From Leucoraja ocellata (lineage: Eukaryota), in NCBI GenBank assembly GCA_036785375.1, contig JAWMAR010002887.1, positions 1-64,000 of the forward strand: a stretch of 64,000 nucleotides of DNA. Reading direction: 5' to 3'. Shown one piece after another: positions 11,244 through 23,977 of the stretch. The notes under the pieces are model-generated. The model was not told the origin of the DNA. It did no database searches and saw nothing but the letters and a program-made list of their open reading frames with translations. Within the stretch, counting starts at the first letter, position 1, and the number at the start of each line of letters is the position of its first letter. The translations under genes were made by a program, and so were the position numbers.

Positions 11244-11574
11244 AAAAATAGTTTCTTAATAGTTTTTATACTTGGACATTCAGAGACATTTAAAATCTAC
11301 CTAATTTGAAACCACTCAATAAAACAGTTTGAACTATTGAAAACAGTTAATCAAAATCACCAAATAACACACAAAAAATTAAAACATTAAATTAAAGCAA
11401 AATATATTTATTTTTAAATTAAACTTCCCCGTTGCTTCCAAGCACGCAGTTTTCCTATCACCACTGAAGTCAACGAGGCATTGAATCCTGCACCGATTGT
11501 TACTGGAACAGGGTCTGGCAGGTAATTCCACATTGTATTGATGTGGAATCTCAACAAAACCAGACTATCATTAG

Positions 11575-11667
11575 TCTGAAGAAGGGTTTCGGCCCGAAAC
11601 GTCACCTATTTCCTTCGCTCCATAGATGCTGCTGCACCCGCTGAGTTTCTCCAGCATTTTTGTGTAC
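11575..11667 (+). mobile_element. Short Penelope-derived insertion with a minimal hammerhead motif
   Basis: Near-identical to the PLE terminus at 38105-38200 and flanked by the direct repeat ctatcattag. Contains CTGAAGA-A-GGG-tttcgg-CCC-GAAA-CGTC. Confidence 0.8.
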
Positions 11668-12199
11668 CTATCATTAGCCTTTATTTGGATTATACTCCGT
11701 GGAGTCCAACAACACGTCCATTGATGAAACAAACTAAGAATTCATTGCCCTGAATTAGTTGGAAGGTTCTATATTTTCTGCATCTGACAGAGCATTAATC
11801 CTGCACTTGCTGCCAGTTAAGTTAAGCACCTGCAGTCCATCGATTCAGAGAGATCTAACCTGACTATAATCAGATGTCAATGGAGGCATTCTTATCTTTA
11901 AATTAAAAGTTAAATTAGCCTACCTATACTAATCTCATTCGCCTGTATCAATTCCATATCTCTCTATGCCTTGCTCATTCAAATAAATGTCCAAAGGCTT
12001 TGAAACTCTATTTTTGTTCCTGCTTCCACCATCACCCCTGGCAGCTCATTGCAGACACAAACTACTCTTTGTGTGAGAAATTTACCCGCTAGATCCCATT
12101 TAAACCTCTTTTCTCTCAAGTACATAATCTGGGATAACAATTAATTTTAGTGCTGGAGATTGTGAATGAAACAAAACTGAGTCTCCACATGTCATTGCA

Positions 12200-12420
12200 C
12201 AAAAAGCCCAATATCATCATGAAGACTTGATGAGTTCATCCATCCTAGTATCCTGACTATTATTTAGATCTCAACACCCAGCAGTAAAAAGAAAGATCAC
12301 ATCATTATCAATTTGATATTTTGTGGACCATTCTGTGCAAAAATTGACTGTCATGTTTCCTTTCTCGGTTGGTTGTGAACATTTCAGGATGTGCTGATAC
12401 TTAAAAGGTGCAATCTGATC
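12200..12420 (+). mobile_element. Ancient Deu-domain SINE relic (SacSINE1/AmnSINE1-like)
   Basis: Degenerate match, from memory, to the Deu-SINE body (tttgtgg..ctgtgcaaaaattgactg..tttcc). Related copies at ~13600-13800, 58650-59020 (minus) and 60900-61075. Confidence 0.45.
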
Positions 12421-12619
12421 TGGTGCCTTTTTCCATAAATGGCATTTCTGTTCCGTGTTGACTATGGCTCAACAGTTAGCACTGAATCCAAATGTTAAGA
12501 TTCAAAACACTCTCCAGTAATGAACACGGAAATCTGGGGTGATCCATTTCCTGGGCAGTCCATGGCTTTTGGTGCCTTACCATCTTTCAGAATGAGACTT
12601 TAAACAAAGTAATTCATAG

Positions 12620-13560
12620 AGTTACACAAAATAGAGGCAGGCCCTTTGGCCTATCATGCCTATGTTAACCCTTATGCCTTTTCTCATTCATATAGCTATC
12701 CAAATAACCCTGAAACTTTGTTACTGTTTCTGCTTCCACCATCTCCTCTGGCAGCTCATTCCATATTCTATATGTGAAACGTTTACCCATCAGATCCCAT
12801 TTGAACCTTCATCCCTCTCACGGTAAACCTATGGCCTCTAGTTTTAGACACCCCCATCATGGAAAGCAGATTATACCCCTCAACATTTTCTATGCCTCTG
12901 TCATGTCATGTGTCAGCCTCTGTTGCTCCAGGAAACACAAACTCAGTCTACCCAGTCTCTCTATAATTCAAACCCGCCAATCCACGCTAAATCCTTGTGA
13001 ATCCTCTCTAGCTTTTCTGTAGAATGTGACCAGGAGTGGACAAAATACTCCAAGTACAGCCTAATCAATCTGTCTAAATCAGTCTGAAGAAGGGTTTTGG
13101 CCCGAAATGTTGCCTATTTCCTTCACTCCATAGATGCTGCAGCACTCGCTGAGTTTCTCCAGCATTTTTGTGTACAGCCTAAACAATGTCTTGTACAAAT
13201 GTAACATGATGTTCCAACTCTTGTACTCAATGTCTTGGTTGATGACGGCAAAGATGCTATGCACTGGTGCCCTGAGATTTCTCTGTTCGATACTACTTAC
13301 CATGGCCTGACCATTCATTGTATATTTTTTGCCTTGGTTTTAACTTCCCAAAATATATTACTTCACACTTGTCCGCATTAAATTCCATCTGCCATTCTCT
13401 TGCCTCCTTTGCCAATTGATCTATATCCTACAATAACCTTAAACAACGATATTCACTGTCCGCAGCAACGAGTATTTTTGCAAATTTACAAATTATATCA
13501 CTTAGATTCTCATTGAAATCATTAATTTATTTAACATAGATGACCAAGCACCAATTCTGG
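12620..13560 (-). mobile_element. Old CR1 fragment interrupted by a short PLE-derived insertion (~13078-13175)
   Basis: CR1 ORF2-like IEYKSWNIMLHLYKTL. The insertion is flanked by duplicated gtacagcctaa and carries the hammerhead-like motif at 13084-13111. Confidence 0.7.
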
Positions 13561-15004
13561 CTGATTTCACAGCACAATCAAAATTCAGCAAGGTTAGTCA
13601 TTTCCAATGTTCTGACCAATAGTTATCATAAAAGTAGCTTATCTGCTCTTTGCCATTTTGTTCGTTGTGGAGTTTGACGTGTGCAAATTGGTTGTGGCAT
13701 TTTTTCTAAAGTACAATAGACTAACTACATTCTAAAATGTACTTCCATTGGATATAAAATACTGGGAAGTACTGAGATTATGAAAGACTCATATAACCCC
13801 CTCGCCTTCATTTAAGTATCCACTGATTTCAATCAGAGATTTGTCGACACATATTAGGAAAGTACAGAAATTACAGAACATTGTGTGCTCCTGCTCTTCA
13901 ATAAAACTAATCTGATCAAGCCTTGATACGACCTTAAACAGTCTCTTCAGTCACAAAGCCAGAATTTTACTATGAATCTCAATGAGGTAAATGGGATTAG
14001 AGTTTGAAACTTCCACAGATCTCCATTTATTCCATAATCATAGTTCTGACAGTTTGATTAAGTGAGACAGGTGAATATTATTTTTGTCTCCTTCCATTAA
14101 CATTCTTCCCCAGGAGAGCATGCTGCTGATGATTTTATGTTTATAATACTAAAGGGAGATATTGACATTTTTCTTCTCCCCTTTTCATTTATCAATGCAG
14201 AAAGTGATCTCAGAAGATTGAAAATATGGTTATTGTGGGACATCTCAGGAGACTGTTTCCCCAGATATGTATAACATTAGCAAAAAGTCTTTGAATATGT
14301 TTCACTTTGCTGTGAATATTTTTACTTTCTGAAATGGAAATATCAAAGGCAATTTCCAATGTATTACCTCCAAACTGATGACTTTTATTCCAATATTTGT
14401 TTTTGTCTTTATCTCCACTGAGTGTGAAACATAAAATTGTGGCCATGACTAGTTAACCTCAGCCATCATTGCATAATATTCCTATGATTTGATTTTCAGT
14501 TTTATGACGGGAATGTGAATTAACGTGCCCTCCCAAAACACAAAAATTGAATCCATACAGAGTAGCTGATAAAATTTCTTGGCATTGAAATCAAAAATGT
14601 GTTGGTGCTAAATACTCATTGCCATTATTTTTGCTCTTTGATTCAGAGAGGTGACTCATGAAGCCAATATCAAAGCTTTGAACTTTCTGCATATTTGCTC
14701 CTATCCAGCAGATAACTTGCTTGAAGTGAGGTATGGCATTGAGACACAAATGATTGAAAGAGGTGTTAGGGAAAAAATGCATGTTTGCTTGACCCCAGTT
14801 TACCCTGAGATTGTTGCTGTTGTGGATCCACTGGTTAGAATTGTGGCTTTAGTGGCTTCGGGAGATGGAGAAGAATTTCTGTGATCAAGCAAATTTACCA
14901 AAATAAAATGCGTAACCACTTTACTGTTTGTAGGAGCTTCTTCTGTGATATAACTGCAGTGGGGGAAACTTATTTTCAATTATCTCCTTGGATTTGAGGA
15001 GGAG

Positions 15005-17718
15005 TTTGTTTTAGTTTAGTTTCTTGTCATGTGTACTGAAGTACAGCAACAAGCTATATTGTTGCTTGCTATCCAGTCAGAGAAAAGACTGTACATGATT
15101 ACATACAGATACACAATAAAGGGAATAATATTTAATGCAAGATAAAGTTCAGTAAAGTCCGATTAAAGGTAGTCCAAGAGTCTCCAATGAGGTAGAAGGT
15201 AGGCCAGAACTGCACTCAAGTTGCTGATAGAATAATTCAGTTGCCTGACGACAGATGGGAAGAAACCTTACCTGAATCTGGAAGTATGCATTTTCAACTT
15301 CTGTACCACTTGCCTGATGGGAGAGGGGAGAAGATGAAATGGCTGTGGTGAGACTTGTACCCGATTATGATTATGGCGGCCTTGCCGAAGCACCGTAATG
15401 TTTAGGTGAAGTCAATGAAAGTTGGTTTGTGTGGTGGTCTGAGCTGCAACCACAATTTTCTGCAATTTCTTATGGTCTTGGGGAGCTGTTACCAAACCAT
15501 GCTGTGATGCATCCCGATAAAATGCTTTGTATGGCGCAGTAGAAATTGGTTAGAGTTATTGGGGATATGCTGAACCTCCAAAACCTTTTAAGAAATTAAA
15601 GGTGTTGAGGTGCTTTCTTGGCCATTGCTTCAATATGGCTGCTCCAGGATAAGTTGCTGTAGATATTTAGATTCAAGATTCAAGATTCAAGAGATTCAAG
15701 AGAGTTTATTGTCATGTGTCCCAGATAGGACAATGACATTCTTGCTTTGCTTCAGCACAATAGAATATAGAAGGCATGAATACAGAACAGTTCAGTTTGT
15801 CCATATACCATTATATAAATATATACACACATGAATAAATAAAACAGATAAAGTGCAAATGAACAGATAATGGGCTATTAATGTTCAGAGTTCTGTTTGA
15901 GTTGAGTTTAATAGCCTGAATGCTGTGGGGAAGAAGCTGTTTCTGAACCTGGACATTGCAGTCTTCAGGCTCCTGTACCTTCTACCTGAAGGTAGCGGGG
16001 AGATGAGTGTGTGGCCAGGATGGTGTGGATCCTTGATGATGCTGCCAGCCTTTTTGAGGCAGCAACTGCGATAGATCCCCTCGATGGTAGGGAGGTCAGA
16101 GCCGATGATGGACTGGGCAGTGTTTACTACTTTTTGTAGTCTTTTTCGCTCCAGGGCACTCGTTGCCGAACCAAACCATGATGCAACCGGTCAGCATGCT
16201 CTCTCTCTACTGTGCACCTGTAGAAGTTAAAGAGAGTCCTCCTTGACATACCAACACTCCGTAGAGACATACCGACTATCAGGAAGTAGAGGCGCTGATG
16301 TGCTTTCTTTATAATTGCATTAGTGTTCTCGTACCAGTCCCAAGAACTTGAAGGTTTCAACTATCTCTATTTAATGCCGCCAATGTGTACCGGGTATGTA
16401 TATAATTTTGCTTCCTTTAACGGCCTGTCCCACTTAGGTGATTTCTTTGGCGAGTGCAGGAGACTCCGCGCTCGCCACAAGATTGCCACATGGTCGCCAT
16501 GTGGTCGCAGGTGGTCTCCTTCATGGTCGGGAGGAGTTCCCACATTCTGGGAACTAGTCGCGGCCTCAGTATGGTCACCGAAAAATTTTCAACATGTTGA
16601 AAAATTTTCTGCAACCAAAAATTGGTCGCCATGGAGAAAATCAATACTTTGGTAGCCGTACGTCTAATCGTAGTGGAGTCGCCATGTTATCATAGGTAAT
16701 CATAGGTACTCGTGCTAGTCGTAGGTAGTCTTAGTTAATCGCCTTTACTGACCGGTCATTTTCATTGGCTCATTGCAAAAAAAAAGGTATGTAAACAGAA
16801 GCACGTGATGCGCTGCCATTCCAGTGCGCGGTCATTCAGTGGATCTCACAGTGTAAGACATGACCCTGAGGAGAAGGCTTCAGCGCAGGGGCAGGGGCAC
16901 AACCCTCAACACCACCCACCAGGCTGTGATCAAGATTTGTTTGTTTATAAGACTTTTGTATGTTTCATTTCCAATAAAGGAAATACCTGACTTTTTAACC
17001 TCAAGTTGATGTACAAATATCATTATTTTTCATAGTAGTCCCTCATGGCATCACTTATATCTCGTATTTCATTTCTCATATATTTAGATCATTGAAACAC
17101 ACACAAACGCAAGGAAGGAATGCACTGTATTTAAAGTTTGACTTTACACATTTATTTTGATGAAGAAAACAGACACAAGTACTTCAAATGCACTGCATTT
17201 AAAAGGATTTTATTTTATACATTTCGATAAATCTAACACTAAAACAAGCTATACACTGTATTTAAAAGAACGTTTGAAAAATCTAATCATTTTTTTAGGT
17301 GATCTTACAACTATAGTCGTAGCCACTCATAGCTTGTCGTAGCTTGCTTTCTGTGATCGTGGGTGCACTCATCTGTAAGTCGAAGGTGGTCGTCTTCAGT
17401 CCTCAATATTGGGTCGCCAAATGTCACGAGTGCATCAGCGATTAAGTCGTAAATAGTCGTAGCTTGTCCTACAGAGTCGTAGGATGTCTTCTACATAGTC
17501 GCAAGATGCGTTTGATACATTCACTTTCTCGGCGATTCAACGAGACTATGACAGTTGCCTGTTGCACTCGCAAAAGAAGTCGCCTAAGTGGGACAGGCCC
17601 TTAAGTAGATCATAATCTCCTTTGTCTTGCTGACATTTGGTTGCTGTCAAAGGTTGTTGTCTTGGCACCATGTTGCAAGGTTCTCATTCTCCTTCCCGTA
17701 CACCGTCTCGTCATTATT
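15005..17718 (-). mobile_element. Rex1/Babar LINE 3' fragments (two nested copies, split by a MITE)
   Basis: KKAHQRLYFL...GMSRRTLFNFYRCTVE. The younger copy (~15668-16345) has a (GATTCAA)n tail; the older copy resumes after 17602. Confidence 0.7.
16420..17601. mobile_element. PIF/Harbinger-type non-autonomous DNA transposon (MITE)
   Basis: TIRs (A)CGGCCTGTCCCACTTAGGTGA and TCGCCTAAGTGGGACAGGCCC(T), flanked by TTA and TAA. No transposase ORF. Confidence 0.8.
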
Positions 17719-18317
17719 TAGAAACATAGAAACATAGAAATTAGGTGCAGGAGTAGGCCATTCGGCCCTTCGAGCCTGCACCGCCATTCAATATGATCAT
17801 GGCTGATCATCCAACTCAGTATCCCGTACCTGCCTTCTCTCCATACCCCCTGATCCCCTTAGCCACAAGGGCCACATCTAACTCCATCTTAAATATAGCC
17901 AATGAACTGGCCTCAACTACCCTCTGTGGCAGAGAGTTCCAGAGATTCACCACTCTCTGTGTGAAAAAAGTTCTTCTCATCTCGGTTTTAAAGGATTTCC
18001 CCCTTATCCTTAAGCTGTGACCCCTTGTCCTGGACTTCCCTAACATCGGGAACAATCTTCCTGCATCTAGCCTGTCCAACCCCTTAAGAATTTTGTAAGT
18101 TTCTATAAGATCCCCTCTCAATCTTCTAAATTCTAGAGAGTATAAACCAAGTCTATCCAATCTTTCTTCATAAGACAGTCCTGACATCCCAGGAATCAGT
18201 CTGGTGAACCGTCTCTGCACTCCCTCTATGGCAATAATGTCCTTCCTCAGATTTGGAGACCAAAACTGTACGCAATACTCCAGGTGTGGACTCACCAAGA
18301 CCCTGTACAGCTGCAGG
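17719..18317 (-). mobile_element. Young CR1 3' end
   Basis: Open ORF2 C-terminus (PHLEYCVQFWSP...RGDLIETYKI...LWNSLP); (AGAAACAT)n tail on the plus strand. Confidence 0.92.
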
Positions 18318-18399
18318 ATATTCGACGGTGGTGAAATCTGTGAAATTGTAAATTGATTCCTTTCCATTTATATATATAACAGTTCTGACGCCCTCTATA

Positions 18400-18790
18400 C
18401 TTTGCTTCCAATTCCCTGGCCCCAAATAGATCATCTTTCCCATGGATTTTCTATCGTTTCACACCTTAATCCCATGCCAGCATAATTTGAGGACCCTCTT
18501 TTTCTATTTTGACCATTTGCACTTCACCCACACACTCATTTGTCTGGCTGATCTTGTTCTCACATCGAATAACTTCTACAATAATTTTGTGCCAATTAGA
18601 GATGTAGCTGTAGAAATATGCATGGGCTTAAGCTATGCTAATCCTTTTGTGTGACAGTAGGACCAATCTTTGTGTCAATTCTACTCAAGTCTCCTTCCTC
18701 AACTTTTTTTCTGGTATATTGATGGTGCTTCCTACATTGAACAGAACTTGAAAATGTAATTACTTTTGATGCCAATTTTCAACCTGTATG
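18400..18790 (+). mobile_element. Degenerate Penelope-like RT fragment
   Basis: LADLVLTSNNF...VAVEICMGLSYANPFV...WYID resembles the PLE RT (GVAMG.MGPSYA, RYIDD). Confidence 0.6.
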
Positions 18791-19643
18791 AGATCCATCA
18801 ATAAAAAGTATCACCTCGTTTTATATAACAAACGCCTGAAGTTACCTATCGCTATAATGAATACTTTTCTTTGGGTAGTCTAAATGTTATGTAAAGGAAC
18901 AAACTTAATTCTCAGCAACAGTCACCCTTATTACAAAGTAATTTAATTTATTCTCTCTGGAACATAACAGACAATTAATTTAATCTTTGAAAAAAATAGA
19001 ATTTGCTCTGTATTTGAACTTCACTTTGAAATAATTTGGGTCTCCAGTTGACATTTCTGAAAGATTCAGTTAATAATTTGAACAGAGAGATACACCCGAT
19101 CTAATTACTTTAGAGGCTGCTGTATGCCATGCACACAAAGGTTTGTGAAGATATGCTTGAAAAATAAATAGATTTTCAAGAATAAATATTTCTTTAACAA
19201 AATAAATGAAAATGTAGCAAAGGATCAATATTTGTGTGTGCAGTTATTTTTAGCGACATGGATGAGGTCATTCAGCCCATCAGATTCATGTCAACTCCTA
19301 GCAAAGCAGTCCCAAGGACCCATTTTCCATCTTTCTTTGGAAAGCCCTGCAACTTATTCTCTCACGCATATTCATAAACTCCCTTTAGATTTGTTTGCCA
19401 CTGTGGGGAAATTCATACTGTGTCCAGCAGCATGTTTTTTTCTTTAGATCCCAGAATCTGGAGTTTGTTGCCTCTTGACCGGATATGAATTGGTTATGAT
19501 AGCAAGATGATTCTAATATTGATGATATACTGTAGAATCATTGATGATATAGCATCTTTGATTACTGGCACATATGCATGAGTTAAAAACTCACCATATT
19601 AAATATAGAGTTTATATTTGGTTAACTTAATAAATTTAAACAA

Positions 19644-21552
19644 AACATAGAAACATAGAAACATAGAAAATAGGTGCAGGAGTAGGCCATTCGGCCCTTC
19701 GAGCCTGCAACACCATTCAATATGATCATGGCTGATCATCGAACTCAGTATCCTGTACCTGCCTTCACTCCATACCTCCTGATCCCTTTAGCCACAAGGG
19801 CCACATCTAACTCCCTCTTAAATATAGCCAATGAACTGGCCTCAACTACCTTCTGTGGCAGAGAATTTCACAGATTCACCACTTTCTGTGTGAAAAATGT
19901 TTTCCTCATCTCGGTCCTAAAAGATTTCCCCCTTATCCTTAAACTATGACCCCTTGTTCTGGACTTCCCCAACATCGGGAACAATCTTCCTGCATCTAGC
20001 CTGTCCAACCCATTAAAAATGTTGTAAGTTTCTATAAGATCCTCCCTCAATCTTCTAAATTCTAGCGAGTACAAGCCGAGTCTATCCAGTCTTTCTTCAT
20101 ATGAAGTCCTAACATCCCAGGAATCAGTCTGGTGAACCTTCTCTGTACTCCCTCTATGGCAATAATGTCTTTCCTCAGATTAGGAGACCAAAACTGAGAG
20201 TAGAAAAACGTGAAGTGTGTATATAAAAAATAAAAAAAGAAAGAGAGAAAGTGGAAAGTAGAAATAGAAGAGAAGGCCCCTTAAAAGAGAATTTTCCAAA
20301 TCTGTATTCGGAGATGTAGATCTATCCGCGTCATGAACTGAAATCAGCAATCTTTACAGTACCATCTATTTTTTCACTTTTTCCTCTTTCTATTGTTTTC
20401 TTTTTCTTGTCTTGCTTACTTCCTTCTCATAACATAAAACTAGAGGTTGTACATAGAATGGATTACGGTATTACATAGTTGGCACCTAAAATTAGGTTCC
20501 ACTGTACTGTTTTGTACTGTATTAACTTCTAATAAAATAAACAAAACAAAAAAAAACAAAAAAACAAAAAGTCAAATTAAATTATTTTCCTCTCCATAAA
20601 TGATTATTCTTTTCAGCATTCATGGATAATTGCTGTCCTTTATTTAGAATGATCTTCCAGTCCAATTCACAAGGATCCAATGAATACGTAATACTCCAGG
20701 TGTGGTCTCACAAAGACCCTGTACAACTGCAGTAGAACCTCCCTGCTCTGATACTCAAATCCTTTTTCTATGAATGCTAACCTACCATTTGCCTTCTTCA
20801 CTGCCTGCTGCACCTGCATGCCTACTTTTAATGACTGGTGTACCATGGCACCCAGGTCTCGTTGCATCTCCCCTTTTCCTAATCGGCCACCATTCAGATA
20901 ATAGTCTACTTTCCTGTTTTTGCCACCAAAGTGGATAACCTCACATTTAACCACATTATACTGCATCTGCCATGCATTTGCCCACTCACCCAGCCTATCC
21001 AAGTCACCTTGCAGCCTCCTAGCATCCTTTTCACAGCTAACACTTGCCCCCAGCTTCGTGTCATCTGCAAACTTGGAGATGTTGCATTCAATTCCCTCGT
21101 CCAAATCATTAATATATATTGTAAATAGCTGGGGTCCCGGCACTGAGCCTTGCGGTACCCCACTAGTCACTGCCTGCCATTGTGACTCCCGTTTACTCCT
21201 ACTCTTTGCTTCCTGTCTGCCAGCCAGTTCTCTGTCCACATCAATACTGAACCCCCAATACCGTGTGCTTTAAGTTTGTATACTAATCTCTTATGTGGGA
21301 TCTGGTCGAAAGCCTTCTGAAAGTCCAGATATAACACATCCACTGGTTCTCCCTTATCCACTCTCCTCGAAAAATTCTATAAGATTCGTCAGACATGATT
21401 TACCTTTCATAAATCCATGCTGACTTTGTCCAATGATTTCACCACTTTCCAAATGTGCTGCTATCCCATTGTTAATAACTGATTCTAGCAGATTCCCCAC
21501 TACCGATGTGAGACTAACTGGTCTGTAATTCCCCGTTTTTTCTCTGCCTCCA
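19644..21552 (-). mobile_element. CR1 LINE, split at 20196/20686 by an L1-UTR-containing insert
   Basis: RT motifs YLDFQKAFD, GVPQGSV.GP and KFADDTKL. The sequence gaccaaaactg|tacgtaatactcc is continuous across the insert. (AGAAACAT)n tail. Confidence 0.9.
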
Positions 21553-21685
21553 TTTTTTTTTTGAACATTTTCAAAATAGGTTAATGTGGAATTATTAGAT
21601 TATTATAAAACAATTTAGATAATTTCTGATCAGGTCAAATTGGGACTGTAGACTCAGAACAATATTATTGCCTCCTAACTGCCTC

Positions 21686-23170
21686 ATAGATCATAGATCA
21701 TAATACAGTACCACACAAGAATGGATCCATAGGCTCACAATTTCTGTGCCAAACATAATGCCAAGACCAACTCTTATCTGTCTACACATAATCCATATCC
21801 CTCCACTCCCTGCACATCCATGTACCTACAGAAAACAGAAGTCTCTGAAATGGCACTATTGCCTCCACCACTATTGTACCTGCCTCCAGCAGCACATTCA
21901 TGGGACTCACCACCCTTTGTGTAAAATAAAATGGCAAGTACATTTCCTCCTTTCGATTTTGGCCATCTCACTTTAAAGTTGTGCCCTCTGGTATTTGATA
22001 TTTTCAACCGAGGAAAAAAGTTTCAGTGTCTACACAGTCTATGACTATTCTGATGTTATATACTTCTACCAGGTCCCCCTCAACCTCTGGTGTTCTAGAG
22101 AAAAAAATCCAAGTCTCTCCAACCTTTCCCTGTAGTTAATGCACCTTATTCAAGGCATTATTCTGGTAAAACTCCTCTACACCATGTCCAAAACCTCCCT
22201 ATTCATTCTGTAATGGGGTGAATAGAATTCCTCACAATATTCCAAATGCAGCCTTACTGAAGTCCTAGAAAGCCACATCATGACTTCCTAACCCTTATAC
22301 ACCAAGCCCCAATCAATAAAGGCAAGCTTACCATATGCACTGTATGTCACTCTATCTATTTATATTGCCACTTTCAGGGAGCTATGTATTTGGACCCTCA
22401 GATCTCTCTGTACATTAATGCTACGAAGATTTATGACATTAACTGTACGCTTTCCCCTTACGCTAAGCACCCCAAAGTGCAATACCTGACAGTTGCTCAG
22501 AGTAAACTGCATCTGCCATTTCCCCACCAATATTTGTAGCTGTTCTATATCTTGCTGTATACTTTTACACTTTTCCTCACAGACCACGACCCCAGCAATC
22601 TTGGTGTCATCTGCTAACCAACAAATCTACGTTAACGTCCATGTCATTTATATATATCACAAGCAGCAGCAGCCCCAGCACAGATCGCTGGGGAACTCCA
22701 TTGCGTCACAGGCCTCCAGGCTGAATATTATCCTTCCACCTCAACCCTCTGCTCTCTAACAGTAAACCAGTTATGAATCCATATGACCACTTCATTACTT
22801 CACTTCATTACTTTTAATCACTTCATTACTATTAATCACCTTCATCATCTTCTCAAAATCTCAACCAAGTTAGGAAGACATGACCTGCCATGTAGAAAGC
22901 CATGCTGAATGTTCATAATTAGCCCATTCCCTTCAAAATGGGAATAATCCTATCCTGAAGATTATTTTCTAATATCTTCCCTACCAGTAACGTGAGGCTC
23001 ATCAGCATATAACTCCCTGGATTCCCTTTACTTCCCTTCTTATACAAAGGAGCAACATTAGCTACTCTCCTGTCCTCTGGGATCCTGCCTGCGGCTAGAG
23101 AAAATGGAAAGATCTTTGTCAAGGCTCATGCAATCTTTTCTCTTTCCTTTTGCAGTAACCTGGAATAGAT
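21686..23170 (-). mobile_element. Older CR1 LINE fragment
   Basis: ANVAPLYKKG...PGSY..SLT; WQMQF..SNCQVLHFG; TRGHNFKVR. Confidence 0.8.
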
Positions 23171-23269
23171 CTATGGCATAAATAGATACCGTAGATAGCG
23201 CAGGCACAGTGGAGTTGTCGTAGAGTTGCTGCCTTACAGCTCCAGAGACTTGGGTTTGATCCTGACTAC

Positions 23270-23550
23270 AGACTGTGCTGAAGAAATGGGTATGAGTTCA
23301 GGTCAGGTACGGTGGTGTAGAGAGGATGAAAGCATGTGGCTTGAAAAGATGTTGGCGGTATGTAGTTCACGTATCCAAAACTAGAGAATTCAATATTCAT
23401 CATGTTAGATTATAAATAACCAAGCGGAATATGAGGTGCTATTCCTCAAGTTTGCGCATGGCTTCACCCAGGCAATGGAGGAGGTTTAGGACAGAAAGGT
23501 CGGTATGATAATGTGAAATGCAGATTAAATGTTTAGCAACTGGGTGATCC
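23270..23550 (-). mobile_element. Penelope-like GIY-YIG 3' fragment
   Basis: Degenerate match to the 38330-38490 segment (cggaatatgaggtgct.ttcctc.a.ttt). Confidence 0.6.
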
Positions 23551-23977
23551 AATCAACATTTTTTTTTTCTCTCTTCTGCCTGTATTTCTTCATTGCAGCC
23601 CTAACCCAGTTTTGAGGCCAGGACAATGGACCTTTATGGGAAAGTTAAGACTAAATTGTTGACAATTTTGGACTTGAATCACACAAAATGGTACTGGAAA
23701 TATGGTGACATTTATGTACTGTCTCAGTGTAATCTACTGTTCTTACACTCGGTTCAGTTTAGTTTATTGTCACGTGTACCAAGGTACAGCAAAAAACGTT
23801 TGTTACGTGCCTACCAGGCAGCAGAAAGCCAATACATGATTACAATCAATCCATTTACAGTGTATATATACATGATAAGGGAAATACGTTTAGAGCAAGG
23901 TTAAACCAGCAATGTCCGGTCAAGGATAATCCAAGGTACATCAATAGCTACAAGCGATAATCCAAGCTACATTTTTT

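Noticed and set aside
22786-22850. (CACTTCATTACTT)-like tandem duplication
   Set aside because: Ordinary slippage at a deletion junction inside an old CR1.
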